From positions 1 through 64,000 of the forward strand of contig JACPAV010000006.1 in the NCBI GenBank assembly GCA_016180645.1: a DNA stretch of 64,000 bases, in the 5' to 3' direction. The notes below the pieces were generated by a model that made no database searches, was not told where the DNA came from, and saw nothing but the letters and a program-made list of their open reading frames with translations. How positions within the stretch are numbered: position 1 is the stretch's first letter; every line of letters starts with the position of its first letter. The stretch comes from Nitrospirota bacterium. Its GTDB lineage: Bacteria; JACPQY01. This document shows positions 1 to 9,349 of the stretch, in pieces. A program made the translations under genes and the position numbers.

Positions 1-590
1 CAGGGCAACCAGTCGGCGTCCGCCACCACCCGGCTCTCCAGCACTTCCTCCAGAGTGACGCGGGATTGGAAGTGGGCGAAGGGGTTGAGCGCCCCGTGGG
101 CGTGGTTCTTCACGGAGATCAACGCCAACTGCTCCTTCGTCGTACCGTACTTCGCCATATGCTGTTGCGCAATCATCGCAAAGACGGACGGCATCACGCG
201 GCCCATCGCCCCCTCCAGGTCATCCTCTCTCGGAGGGATGACTCCCTTTATCCGGTCGGACAACTTCTCCATCCCCACGGCCAGAACGACATCCGCCATC
301 CCGTGAGCGATGGCCAGCATCGCATAGCGGAGGGCCGAGGAGCCACTCGCGCAAGCATTGTCGACATTGAGGATTTCAACGCCGGTCAGGCCGAGCTCCG
401 AGAGCACCCTTTGGCCCGCACAGGTTCCCTGCCGGGTGTGCCCCACATAGGCCATCTGAATGCTGTTTGGCGGCAGGCCACTGTCCTTGATCGCATCCAC
501 GATGGAAGAACGCGCGAGATCATCGATCCGTCGCTCCGGAAACTTGCCGAAGGCGGTCATGCCCACTCCGGCCACGTAGGTCTTCCTCAT
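1..590 (-). CDS. Thiolase family protein (SCP2/SCP-x type), runs off the window start
   Basis: Not in the ORF track. Manual translation from ATG at 590 gives MRKTYVAGVGMTAFGKF...NVDNACASGSSA...VLAVGMEK...ISVKNHAHGALNP. Overlaps the DUF35 stop (ATGA). Confidence 0.9.
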   Translation of the reverse strand, partial: MRKTYVAGVGMTAFGKFPERRIDDLARSSIVDAIKDSGLPPNSIQMAYVGHTRQGTCAGQRVLSELGLTGVEILNVDNACASGSSALRYAMLAIAHGMADVVLAVGMEKLSDRIKGVIPPREDDLEGAMGRVMPSVFAMIAQQHMAKYGTTKEQLALISVKNHAHGALNPFAHFQSRVTLEEVLESRVVADADWLP

Positions 591-1021
591 GACGGTTCCC
601 CATGAGGTCTGAACTTGTAGCACCAGACTTCCTGACCATTTTCTTCCATGCGCAATTGTCCAAACGTCAGCGCCATCGGCATGCCGATGCGTAGGGGCGG
701 GGCATGCCCCGCCCCTACATCTACATCCAGTATCGAGAACACCCGCACACCCTCTGGCAGGTCGACGTACCCGATGACGTACGGCGCTTTCAGATGAGGC
801 AGCGACATCCGGCAAACGGTAAACGTGTACAACGTACCCTTCTTTGAAAGCGGGACACGGCCGAGTTTCTGCCCAAAGCAAGCGGGGCACCACTCGCGAC
901 CGGGGAAGCACGTCTTCCGGCAGTCCTCGCAACGCATTCCGATCAGGCGTCCGGATTCCGAGTCATTCCCCGGAAGCTCGAAAAGATCCGGAAAAAAGGG
1001 CCTCGGAGGAAGTTGATTCAT
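587..1021 (-). CDS. Zn-ribbon/OB-fold (DUF35) protein, thiolase partner
   Basis: CEDC...CPAC zinc ribbon, GTLYTFTV, PYVIGYVDLPEGVRV. ATG at 1021 is coupled to the upstream stop. Confidence 0.9.
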   Translation of the reverse strand: MNQLPPRPFFPDLFELPGNDSESGRLIGMRCEDCRKTCFPGREWCPACFGQKLGRVPLSKKGTLYTFTVCRMSLPHLKAPYVIGYVDLPEGVRVFSILDVDVGAGHAPPLRIGMPMALTFGQLRMEENGQEVWCYKFRPHGEPS

Positions 1022-2454
1022 CTCTGATCGTAGCTTCGCTCGAAGTAGTCCTTTTTCGAAGCCGTTCTCGAAAGAGATTGGGCAGGCACCCACTGGATTT
1101 CAGGGGTCACTTTTAGCTGCGAGTGGAAGGCGTCCTTCAGACGATCCGCAAGTCCTGCCAGATACTCAGGCTCGATGACGTCCCGTGCGGTGGTGCCGCA
1201 AAACCCCTCCCCCGTGTCCGCATATTCCACCTTGAGCCGAAGCGGCGGATTGACGCGGGGCGGAGGTTGATCGAGGACAATCCGGAATTCACCGGTCAGT
1301 TCGGGTTGGAACGATCCGATGACATTTTTCACCGCCGCCGGATAGACGATCACACCTTTCACTTTCAACATGTCGTCCGTGCGCCCGATGATCCGAGACC
1401 GGATGCCCGTCAGGCCACAGGGGCACGGCTCCGTGAAGATCTGCTGGAGATCGCCGGCGGTGTACCGGATGAATGGCGCCGCACCCTTCCATAGTTGAGT
1501 CGTAACCAATTCCCCAATCGCGCCGTTGGTCATTTCGATGGGCTGCTTCGATTCCGGGTCCACCAGTTCATAGTAGTAGAAGTCGTCCATGAGTCGGTGC
1601 ATTCCCTGATACTCCGGCGCATCGCAGGACATGTTGGGCCCTTGCAGATCGAACACCCGCGCTCCGAATTCGCGTTCGAGCTTCTCCTTGACGCTTGGAA
1701 TCCCCACGCCAGTTTCCCCTCCCAGGAGCAGAGTCTGAATGCCCAGCGTTCGGGCAGAACTTCCCATGATCTCTGGAGCCTTCTCGATAAGATGCTCAGC
1801 CAATGAGGGAGTCGCCAACAGGGCCTGAGGCCGGGTGAGCAAGGTGAACTTCAGGATCTTCGACGCCCCGCTCTCGGCGCCCACCGGGACAACACCCATC
1901 CCGAATCGCTGGGCCGCGACGACGTTTGGGACACCGCCGACAAACATGCCCAGGCCGAATCCTATGAGCACGCGCATGCCCGGCCTCAGCCCGGCTCTCC
2001 AGAATGCCCTCGCACGGCCCTCGCACCATACGGCCAAGTCTTTCTCCGCGAAAAGGTAGAATGTCGGTTCACCCGTCGTGCCGGAGGTGGCGCAGAAAAG
2101 CCGAATCTCTTCCGGCCGCGCGCATAGCGTTGTGCCGAAGCCGTGGCCCGGCCGTGATTGAGACTCCTCTTGGGCGAGCCGTTGATCTTCTTTCGTGAAC
2201 AAGGGGACCCGGCTACGAAAATCCTCGAATGAATTGATCTTGGCCGGCTTCCTCCGAAGTCCAGCCAGGCGCGAGCGATGAAATTCCGAGGATCGTTCGA
2301 CGTAGTTGAGAACAGCCTTCAAGCGCTTGAGTCGGGTGGGTTCAAGATGAGGAGTTCCCAGGTGCGATTCGACCTCCATGTTCCAGTACGGTCTCTTGAT
2401 TCGCGGAACCCGGGCGCGTTGGTGTCCGGGCCTGCCTTTGGTCCTCGAACCCAT
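1018..2454 (-). CDS. Phenylacetate-CoA ligase family (PaaK-like) adenylate-forming enzyme
   Basis: TSGTTGEP P-loop, RYTAGD, GRTDDMLKVKGVIVYP. Start uncertain (ORF is open to 2514). Confidence 0.85.
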   Translation of the reverse strand: MGSRTKGRPGHQRARVPRIKRPYWNMEVESHLGTPHLEPTRLKRLKAVLNYVERSSEFHRSRLAGLRRKPAKINSFEDFRSRVPLFTKEDQRLAQEESQSRPGHGFGTTLCARPEEIRLFCATSGTTGEPTFYLFAEKDLAVWCEGRARAFWRAGLRPGMRVLIGFGLGMFVGGVPNVVAAQRFGMGVVPVGAESGASKILKFTLLTRPQALLATPSLAEHLIEKAPEIMGSSARTLGIQTLLLGGETGVGIPSVKEKLEREFGARVFDLQGPNMSCDAPEYQGMHRLMDDFYYYELVDPESKQPIEMTNGAIGELVTTQLWKGAAPFIRYTAGDLQQIFTEPCPCGLTGIRSRIIGRTDDMLKVKGVIVYPAAVKNVIGSFQPELTGEFRIVLDQPPPRVNPPLRLKVEYADTGEGFCGTTARDVIEPEYLAGLADRLKDAFHSQLKVTPEIQWVPAQSLSRTASKKDYFERSYDQR

Positions 2455-2537
2455 CGAATCCACCCTAGCGGGTTTGACGATGGAGTTCAATTGGCTTGAC
2501 GTGAGGTCATCCAATGGAGAGGATATCGATCGCGCCG

Positions 2538-3740
2538 ATGATCGATTTCACACCCCCTCCAGGCGTGGAAGAGGCTCTGGAGAAAATCCGGTGGTTGGGT
2601 CGGGAACGACTTCGACCGCTCGGCATGGAATGCGACGTGAAACATGAGCCCCTACCGCCGGACCATCCCTTCTTCAAGGAGTTCCTCGCTTTGAATCTGC
2701 CGCTCGGGATCAGACCTGGCGTGAAACTGCCGGGAGAAGAAACGGGCGAAAAAATGCTGGGTCGGTTCCGCGTTCTGGTCGGTGAGGAAATTGGGTATTG
2801 GGACCAGGGAGTAGCCCTATCCCTCCCCGGACCCGGCTTGGCCAGTCCTCCCGTCATGTTGATGGGAACCCCGGACCAGAAGGCGGCCTTCTACAGGACC
2901 TATGTAGATAAGAGCATGCCCCACTGGGGTGCTTTCGCCCTCACCGAGCCCGGCGCAGGATCGGATGTCGCGCAGATCAGGAGTACCGCGCGGAAGGACG
3001 GCCGGCACTACGTTCTGAACGGCGAAAAGATGTTCATCACAAACGGGGCGCGTGCCGACTGGGTGATTTGGTTTGCCACCGTCGATCCCAATCAGGGTAG
3101 GGCGGGGCATCGGGCGTTTCTCATCCGGAAAGGTACGCCCGGATTTCGTGTAGCCCGAATCGACAAAAAGATGGGGTTGCGCGGTTCGGAAACAGCGGGA
3201 CTGATCTGTGAAGATTGTCGCGTCAGCGAAGACGATCTGCTGGGCGGTGAAAAACACTATGAGCGGAAAGAAGGATTCAAGGGCGCCATGGGAACCTTCG
3301 ACATGACGCGCCCCACCGTCGCCGTTATGGCGGTGGGAATCGCGCGCGCCGCCTTCGACCACGCCCGATCGTTTGTCCGCGAAGTGCTCGTCCTTTCCCG
3401 CCCGGTACCTCGTTCTCACCGAGTATTGGAACGTCTCAGCATGATGCGGCAGAAGATTGAGACCGCCCGGCTGCTGTGTTGGAGGGCGGCGTGGCTTCTG
3501 GACAAAGGGAAACCCAACAGCATCGAGGCCTCAATGGCCAAGGCATACGCGCCGGTCGCCGCACTCGAAGTCATCCGATCTTCGATGGAAGTCATGGCTG
3601 AGGCGGGCGTGCGACAGGATCGGTTTGTGGAGAAACTATTTCGGGATATCAAGGTCTTCGACATTTTCGAGGGCACGGGCCAAGTTCAGAGGTTGGTTAT
3701 TGCCAAGAAGCTGGCGGGTTATCCGGGTTCGTCGGGGTAG
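2538..3740 (+). CDS. Acyl-CoA dehydrogenase
   Basis: FALTEPGAGSD, LNGEKMFITNG, KMGLRGSET, DIFEGTGQVQR. GGAGAGG upstream of ATG 2538. Confidence 0.93.
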   Translation: MIDFTPPPGVEEALEKIRWLGRERLRPLGMECDVKHEPLPPDHPFFKEFLALNLPLGIRPGVKLPGEETGEKMLGRFRVLVGEEIGYWDQGVALSLPGPGLASPPVMLMGTPDQKAAFYRTYVDKSMPHWGAFALTEPGAGSDVAQIRSTARKDGRHYVLNGEKMFITNGARADWVIWFATVDPNQGRAGHRAFLIRKGTPGFRVARIDKKMGLRGSETAGLICEDCRVSEDDLLGGEKHYERKEGFKGAMGTFDMTRPTVAVMAVGIARAAFDHARSFVREVLVLSRPVPRSHRVLERLSMMRQKIETARLLCWRAAWLLDKGKPNSIEASMAKAYAPVAALEVIRSSMEVMAEAGVRQDRFVEKLFRDIKVFDIFEGTGQVQRLVIAKKLAGYPGSSG

Positions 3741-3926
3741 CCGTTTGTCGATCTCGCCCGGAGCCCGGCGACTCGATCCGTCAGCCCTCAACATCCGGAC
3801 CGTACCGGGCTCCTCTGGCGAGTCTCTACCGGTTCATGACGCAATCTCCATACCAGCCAACGCAAGGCGTCCGGGCCACGATCAATTGCAGCACACCTGT
3901 TGAGCCCACTCGAATTCCCAAATCCG

Positions 3927-3942
3927 TGTGACCTGGCTCACT
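3927..3942. promoter_or_regulatory. Near-consensus CRP/FNR-family box
   Basis: TGTGA-cctggc-TCACT (9/10 match to TGTGA-N6-TCACA), upstream of the likely start at 4077. Confidence 0.35.
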
Positions 3943-4076
3943 TCGACAAGGCGCAAAAATGCAACGGTGGAGGCTTGATCTTTTTTCAAGAGGTGGGGAC
4001 AGCCATCACCACCGGCAACACCATGCGAAGGTTTCGCTGTTCAATCCGCCCCGCTTTGACTAGAATAGCGCATTCA

Positions 4077-5027
4077 ATGGTAGCGCGAACGGCCCTCCCG
4101 CTCCTTTGGCTGCTTCTCCCGAAACTCGCCTTTGGCGATCAGTTCGGCTGGAAGCTCACGGTTTCCATCGAGCCCGCGGAAATCAGCTTCCTCGGATCGC
4201 TCCCTGTCGAGACCCTTTGGGCCGAGGGGAAGTCTCTCGAACTGACCCCCGCTCGAGACAATCCCCTCGCAGAGCCGAATCAGCTTGTAATTTCCGGCCA
4301 GCGGGTGGACCTGAATTCGTTCCAAGGACGGCAATTCTATGTGCGGTACACGATCCCGTCCGGAGCGCGCGAAATACGGTTTGTGCTCGTCGATGCGAAC
4401 AAGAGGGAACGCGAGGGCATGATCGCCCTCCCCGAGGTTTCCGCAACGGCGCTTGACAGCGCCCCTGCTATCTTGGCGGGAGATGTCCGCGCTGATCCCC
4501 CAGCAGCTCTGGGCGTCTCTCTGACGCTGCCACCCGGCTACCAGCTGGTGGATCGCTTCTCCAAAACGATCCCGGGAGATCGGCCCACGATCCAGGTTGT
4601 CGCCCGCAAGGCCCACGGGGAGTATCCGATCTTCCTCAAGACACCCGAGGGGCTGACCTTGATCTACCGGCTCATTGCCGATCTCAAGTTGCCGGAAGGA
4701 TGGGACTGGCCCGAGCGAGGCGCCTTGGATTCAGGGTCTCCCGGTAATTCGCCCGGGACGTTGGAAGCCGGTGCGGCACCGAGAATTCGCCGCCCAAAGA
4801 GAGTCGTTTGGACCGGACTCATGGTCGGAGTCGCTACCGCGACGGCGGCCGCCGTTACCTACTACAATGCTCGGGTGCAGCAGAGAGTCGCCGAAAGAAC
4901 GGATAATCCGGACCGCGAGAGGGAATTGCGCAATCGGATCAAGATCGAAAACGCGGCGGCTCTAGGTCTGGCGGCCCTGTCAGGCGCTTCCTTCGGGATC
5001 TCCGCCACCGTGGCCCTCGCCTGGTAG
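4077..5027 (+). CDS. Hypothetical exported protein with C-terminal hydrophobic segments
   Basis: Signal-peptide-like N-terminus MVARTALPLLWLLLPKLAFG and two Ala-rich hydrophobic helices at the C-terminus. Confidence 0.6.
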   Translation: MVARTALPLLWLLLPKLAFGDQFGWKLTVSIEPAEISFLGSLPVETLWAEGKSLELTPARDNPLAEPNQLVISGQRVDLNSFQGRQFYVRYTIPSGAREIRFVLVDANKREREGMIALPEVSATALDSAPAILAGDVRADPPAALGVSLTLPPGYQLVDRFSKTIPGDRPTIQVVARKAHGEYPIFLKTPEGLTLIYRLIADLKLPEGWDWPERGALDSGSPGNSPGTLEAGAAPRIRRPKRVVWTGLMVGVATATAAAVTYYNARVQQRVAERTDNPDRERELRNRIKIENAAALGLAALSGASFGISATVALAW

Positions 5028-5038
5028 GCTCTACTATC

Positions 5039-5100
5039 GGTATTATCGGTGACAGTATACTTTATTACCGTCAATAAAGTATACTGTCACCGATAATACC
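5039..5100. repeat. Perfect 28-bp inverted repeat with 6-nt loop between convergent genes (terminator or REP-like)
   Basis: GGTATTATCGGTGACAGTATACTTTATT-accgtc-AATAAAGTATACTGTCACCGATAATACC. Confidence 0.9.
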
Positions 5101-8100
5101 TACTGCGGAGAAGGAGGGATGAAATCGCAGCGTCTGCCGCCGGGCTTGAACTCGGACTCCAAGCAGCGGTCGTCGCGAATTTCACGCCCTTCCGATTGAA
5201 AGAACCGCCCGATCTGATTGACCATGAACGTATCCATGTCGAATGCCTTTTGGGGCGAGGAGATGAAGAAGCCGTGCTGGTCGGTACCGAAGCCGCACTT
5301 GGACTGGAAGTCATCCTCCTCCAGATGGTCATTGGGACACGTCAGCGGAAGTCTTAGCCCGGACACACCGGGGACACCATAGACGCCTGTCTCCAAGGTC
5401 TTGCGGAGAGGCGGGTCCAGGCGGGGAGGGCAGGTTCCCTTCTGGCAAAGCCCGTCCGTCCCATCAGACAAGTTGTCAGGATCAAAAAGCAGTCCAAACG
5501 GATTGAACCGGTTCAGGGATTCGAGATTCTCGAACACGCGATTGTCGATCAGAACATCGTTGTCGGATTTCCCATAGCGGGAATCCACTTTCCGATATTC
5601 CAGGATCCCCGCCGATCGCGCGATCATCAGGGCGGTATTCAGCGGCACGTTCATGTCGCCAATGGTGCCGATCACGAGCACGTTGCTTCCCTTCCAGTCC
5701 GGCGGCGCCGGCTCCTGCCGGATCGGATCGAGAAAATAGTGGGTCGCGTAGTTGGCGGGATCGGCCGGATCGACAATCATCTGGGCGATCTCCATAAATC
5801 GCCTTGTGTCCGGATTGTTCCGCCTGTAGCCGTATCCACTCGCCAGGGACACGAGCGGAGAATCCTTGGGATAGTTCACCTTCGAACTTCCATCCGAACT
5901 GTAGCTCTGGAAACTTGCGTCCACCCCAAACGTGTTGATTTCGTGCCGAATGGCACAGGCGCCGGCCAGGACCTCATCCTCCAAGGAAGCTGGACACGTG
6001 GCCCCATCGTAGATCGTGACGTTCAGCCGATCTCCCTTGTCCGAAGTAATGTGTGCCCTCATGAAATTGGCTTGGTGTACGCGAACCACGTCGCGCCTCC
6101 CATTGACCGTGTTCTCGACAGACACCCAATCGCCCGCGTTGAGCGCTCCCGTGCGGGCAAAGGTGATCTTCACGTCCCGATTCACATCATGGATGAGAAA
6201 TTTCAAATCCACCTGGTTGTCCTTGGATGGCTGAGCGATGACCATTGGACCGAAGAGGGGCAGAAACACCGCTTCGACGACGCCTCCCTGAATCGTTCGG
6301 GCGCCGATGTCGATGAGCCCGCCTCCCCCGGACACCGGTGCGGCGGCGCGCACATAAGGCTCTATTCCGGCCAGGACGGAAGACAAAATCCCCCCCAGCG
6401 ACTGCCCCCAGGCATAGAAGGGGTTGTCCGGACCGCCGATGTCCGGTGTCCCGTCATGGTTGAAATCACCGGCGATGTCATCGGCTTGGCCGTTATCGTT
6501 GATGTCAAACGGCCACAGCTTCTTGCCGTCATACGTCCTCAGAATCCGGATGAGCTGCATGTAATCCACAACACTTTGTCGCACGACATCCCGAGTGTGG
6601 AACGTATCGGCGGAGAAGAAATCGCCTCCGGAGTCCCCCACCCCGTCCCCATTCAGGTCGCGCGTCCTTCCCGTGCGCGCCTTCAGTAGCGGGCTGAGAC
6701 CATAGGGCGATAGGGCCAGGGGCGCCACGTCGAGAATCTCCTTGGAGAGCGGGATGCCATGCCCCACCGCTTCCATGCCCACGGTGGCGAATCCGAACTT
6801 CGCCATGTGTTCGGCGAAGCCGAGAAACTCCACCCGATTCCCTGTATAGCCGTGACCATAGAAGACCACCGGGAATGGAGGGCCGTAACCGGCTTTTGGA
6901 TTCGCTTTCGGCACGGCCAGCCAGAATACGCCGACGTCCTTCCCCAACCCCTTGACCTTTCCCGAGGCCAGATCGATATCGAAAACCCCGAGATCATCCC
7001 TGTCGCATTTCCTCTCCTCCTCGATCCATCGATTGCAGATGAAATAGGGCGTCTCGAATTCGCCCTGAACGATGTAGTCCACGTAATCCCGATAGGCGCC
7101 TGTGATGGCCTTCTGTTGGTTTTCTTCCGTCTGCAGGCCCAGCAGGCTGATCACCTGCTCCAAGAGCTTGACGATATCCACCGCCTTGAGCGTATAGGGA
7201 TTTCCACCTGCCGCACCCTTGACGATCTCCGCATCGCATGTCCTCGAGAAAATGTCCTGCTTGTTCTCCTCCTTCCATTTCTCCGTGCAGTAGAGGGGCG
7301 GAACGTTGAGAAGTTCGGGCGGAGTAAAATCCGAGAGAAGCTTGAGCGGTCCGGAGCCGTAGAGACCTTTGCGGATGGCCACCAGGTCGCGCGTGATGCT
7401 CTGGGTCGTGAAGGACCATGCAAAGGCCACCTGGTCGATCGACCGGCCCCATCGCGACAGGATCGACGGAAGTTTCTTCAATTCCCGGGTTTGCTGGGTG
7501 TGATTGATGTATTCGAACGGCGATTCCACGTACTGGCCGTTTTCGCCGATGAGGTCCGTGGTGAGCACCACTGCATAGTTGGTTTCTTCTCGAAGGGGCG
7601 CCACCGTTTTGAGGATCAGGGTGTTGTCCGAGAGGTCATAGAAAGTGACCAGATCGTCGTAACAGTTGCCCGTCCCATTTTTCTTGAAGTTCGGGACGCC
7701 GAGTCGACCGTCGTCGTTTGTATCTTCGCCGGGATCGAGCAGGCCGTTGCCATTCAGATCTTCATTGACCGTCTCGAAGAGGATCGTGCAGGAACCCGCG
7801 CGGGGATCGTTATCGAAGTACGAAGTTTCCTCCAGTCCAACGGGGAAGTTTCCCCGCCCCATGTCGATCTCCACCGGCTCCTCTTCGGGGCGATCCAGAT
7901 TGAACACGTAGACCGCGTCATCCGCCAAATCGTGGTTCTTTTGATGCCGGTCGATCAAGGTCTGGAGATCGAGCGGCGAGTCAAACGAGACGGTGATGGC
8001 GCTGATCGTGCTGAAACCGGAAAGACGATCCACTTTGGCCCGAATATCGCGCTCCAGGAGCGTCGGACCCACCAGGCTCGCGTTGACGCGCCGGCCCGTT

Positions 8101-8306
8101 GGCGAACTGGGATCGATTCGCGTGGCGACGTTATTGGGAAACGGGATTTTGGGAAACGGTTTCGCGGTCAGTTCGAACACAATCCGGGGTCCATCCGTCA
8201 ATCGGCGCGGGGCCAAGCCTACATTGGGTTCATTGCCTGAACAGGATAAGACTGCCATACCCAGCAGGGTGCCGACCGCGAACGAGCCACGAATCGGATG
8301 ATTCAC
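5100..8306 (-). CDS. Large lipoprotein with alpha/beta-hydrolase (lipase-like) domain
   Basis: Lipobox VLSC, YGHGYTG, GQSLGG nucleophile elbow, several DxNxDG-like Ca-binding loops. Confidence 0.8.
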   Translation of the reverse strand: MNHPIRGSFAVGTLLGMAVLSCSGNEPNVGLAPRRLTDGPRIVFELTAKPFPKIPFPNNVATRIDPSSPTGRRVNASLVGPTLLERDIRAKVDRLSGFSTISAITVSFDSPLDLQTLIDRHQKNHDLADDAVYVFNLDRPEEEPVEIDMGRGNFPVGLEETSYFDNDPRAGSCTILFETVNEDLNGNGLLDPGEDTNDDGRLGVPNFKKNGTGNCYDDLVTFYDLSDNTLILKTVAPLREETNYAVVLTTDLIGENGQYVESPFEYINHTQQTRELKKLPSILSRWGRSIDQVAFAWSFTTQSITRDLVAIRKGLYGSGPLKLLSDFTPPELLNVPPLYCTEKWKEENKQDIFSRTCDAEIVKGAAGGNPYTLKAVDIVKLLEQVISLLGLQTEENQQKAITGAYRDYVDYIVQGEFETPYFICNRWIEEERKCDRDDLGVFDIDLASGKVKGLGKDVGVFWLAVPKANPKAGYGPPFPVVFYGHGYTGNRVEFLGFAEHMAKFGFATVGMEAVGHGIPLSKEILDVAPLALSPYGLSPLLKARTGRTRDLNGDGVGDSGGDFFSADTFHTRDVVRQSVVDYMQLIRILRTYDGKKLWPFDINDNGQADDIAGDFNHDGTPDIGGPDNPFYAWGQSLGGILSSVLAGIEPYVRAAAPVSGGGGLIDIGARTIQGGVVEAVFLPLFGPMVIAQPSKDNQVDLKFLIHDVNRDVKITFARTGALNAGDWVSVENTVNGRRDVVRVHQANFMRAHITSDKGDRLNVTIYDGATCPASLEDEVLAGACAIRHEINTFGVDASFQSYSSDGSSKVNYPKDSPLVSLASGYGYRRNNPDTRRFMEIAQMIVDPADPANYATHYFLDPIRQEPAPPDWKGSNVLVIGTIGDMNVPLNTALMIARSAGILEYRKVDSRYGKSDNDVLIDNRVFENLESLNRFNPFGLLFDPDNLSDGTDGLCQKGTCPPRLDPPLRKTLETGVYGVPGVSGLRLPLTCPNDHLEEDDFQSKCGFGTDQHGFFISSPQKAFDMDTFMVNQIGRFFQSEGREIRDDRCLESEFKPGGRRCDFIPPSPQ

Positions 8307-9328
8307 GTTTCCTCCTTTTTCAATTTCAGGATTTCATCCACCAAGGCCCTGGGGAAGAGCCCCTTCCGAACGAGGTCGTCGGCTACGGGGCGCGTTTTCG
8401 CCTTGAATTCCTCCAGCGCTTCGACGGAAGGCACCACGATCTCCATTCCGCGCTTTTTCATTCCCGCCAGGGCGTGTTCATTGTCCTGTCTCATGGTTTG
8501 GATCGTTTGAGGTTCGTATTTTTCGAAGACCGTTTCAAGCAGTTTCCGAAGCTCCGGGCCGAGGGACTGCAATCGTTCTCTCCGGAGGAGGATAACCGCG
8601 GGTGCATATCGGTAGTCCAGCTTGAGAACGAACCTGAGGTACTGATGCCACCCGAGGGCGAGGCACGTGAGCGGTGTAGTGGTGATGACGTTGATCCGAC
8701 CCGAGGCCAAACCCTCTCCGACCGCGGGCACGGGCAGCGGCACCGGTTCAATTTCCAGCGATCGATAGGACTCCGCGTGAACGGCATTGCCCTCCCACAC
8801 CCACACCTTCTGGCGAGCCAGATCGGACAGGGTGGAAATCCGTTCCCGCGAATACATCTGGATGAACCCGGCTTGGTCGGTGAGGCTCAGAAGTGAAAAT
8901 CCTTCCCGCTCGAATTGAGCACCGAATTTCTTTTTCAGGGCCGGCCTCATCCGATCGACTTCGCGCAGCGAATCGAACAAAAAGGGAATTTCCAGAACGG
9001 CCATCTCGGCAACGATCTCCTGGATCCCAAGAGTGGTCATGAGGGCTCCATCCAATTCACCGGATTTCATTTTGCGCACCATCTCCGGCTCATCGCCCAG
9101 GACGCCGCCGAAAAACGATTTTGCTTTGATGCGTCCTTGAGAGAGTGACGTGATCTCGTCGAAAATCTGTTTGAACGTCCGGTCCCACGTGGAGCCCCGT
9201 GGCGCCAGGCTTCCGAAACGGAGCACTACCGATGGTGGGGTTTCGGACGCTGCCTGGAGCGGAAACAGAAAGAAGAAACCAAGAATGACAGTTGAGAGAA
9301 ACCCACCGTATTCGCGCCCGTGCGACAC
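8303..9328 (-). CDS. dctP: TRAP transporter substrate-binding protein DctP
   Basis: GSLAPRGSTW, GGVLGDEPEMVRKMKSGELDG, LEIPFLF. Probable GTG start at 9328; the longer ORF-track start overlaps the opposite gene. Confidence 0.85.
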   Translation of the reverse strand: MSHGREYGGFLSTVILGFFFLFPLQAASETPPSVVLRFGSLAPRGSTWDRTFKQIFDEITSLSQGRIKAKSFFGGVLGDEPEMVRKMKSGELDGALMTTLGIQEIVAEMAVLEIPFLFDSLREVDRMRPALKKKFGAQFEREGFSLLSLTDQAGFIQMYSRERISTLSDLARQKVWVWEGNAVHAESYRSLEIEPVPLPVPAVGEGLASGRINVITTTPLTCLALGWHQYLRFVLKLDYRYAPAVILLRRERLQSLGPELRKLLETVFEKYEPQTIQTMRQDNEHALAGMKKRGMEIVVPSVEALEEFKAKTRPVADDLVRKGLFPRALVDEILKLKKEET

Positions 9329-9349
9329 GCCGTGTAGACTACAGACATC

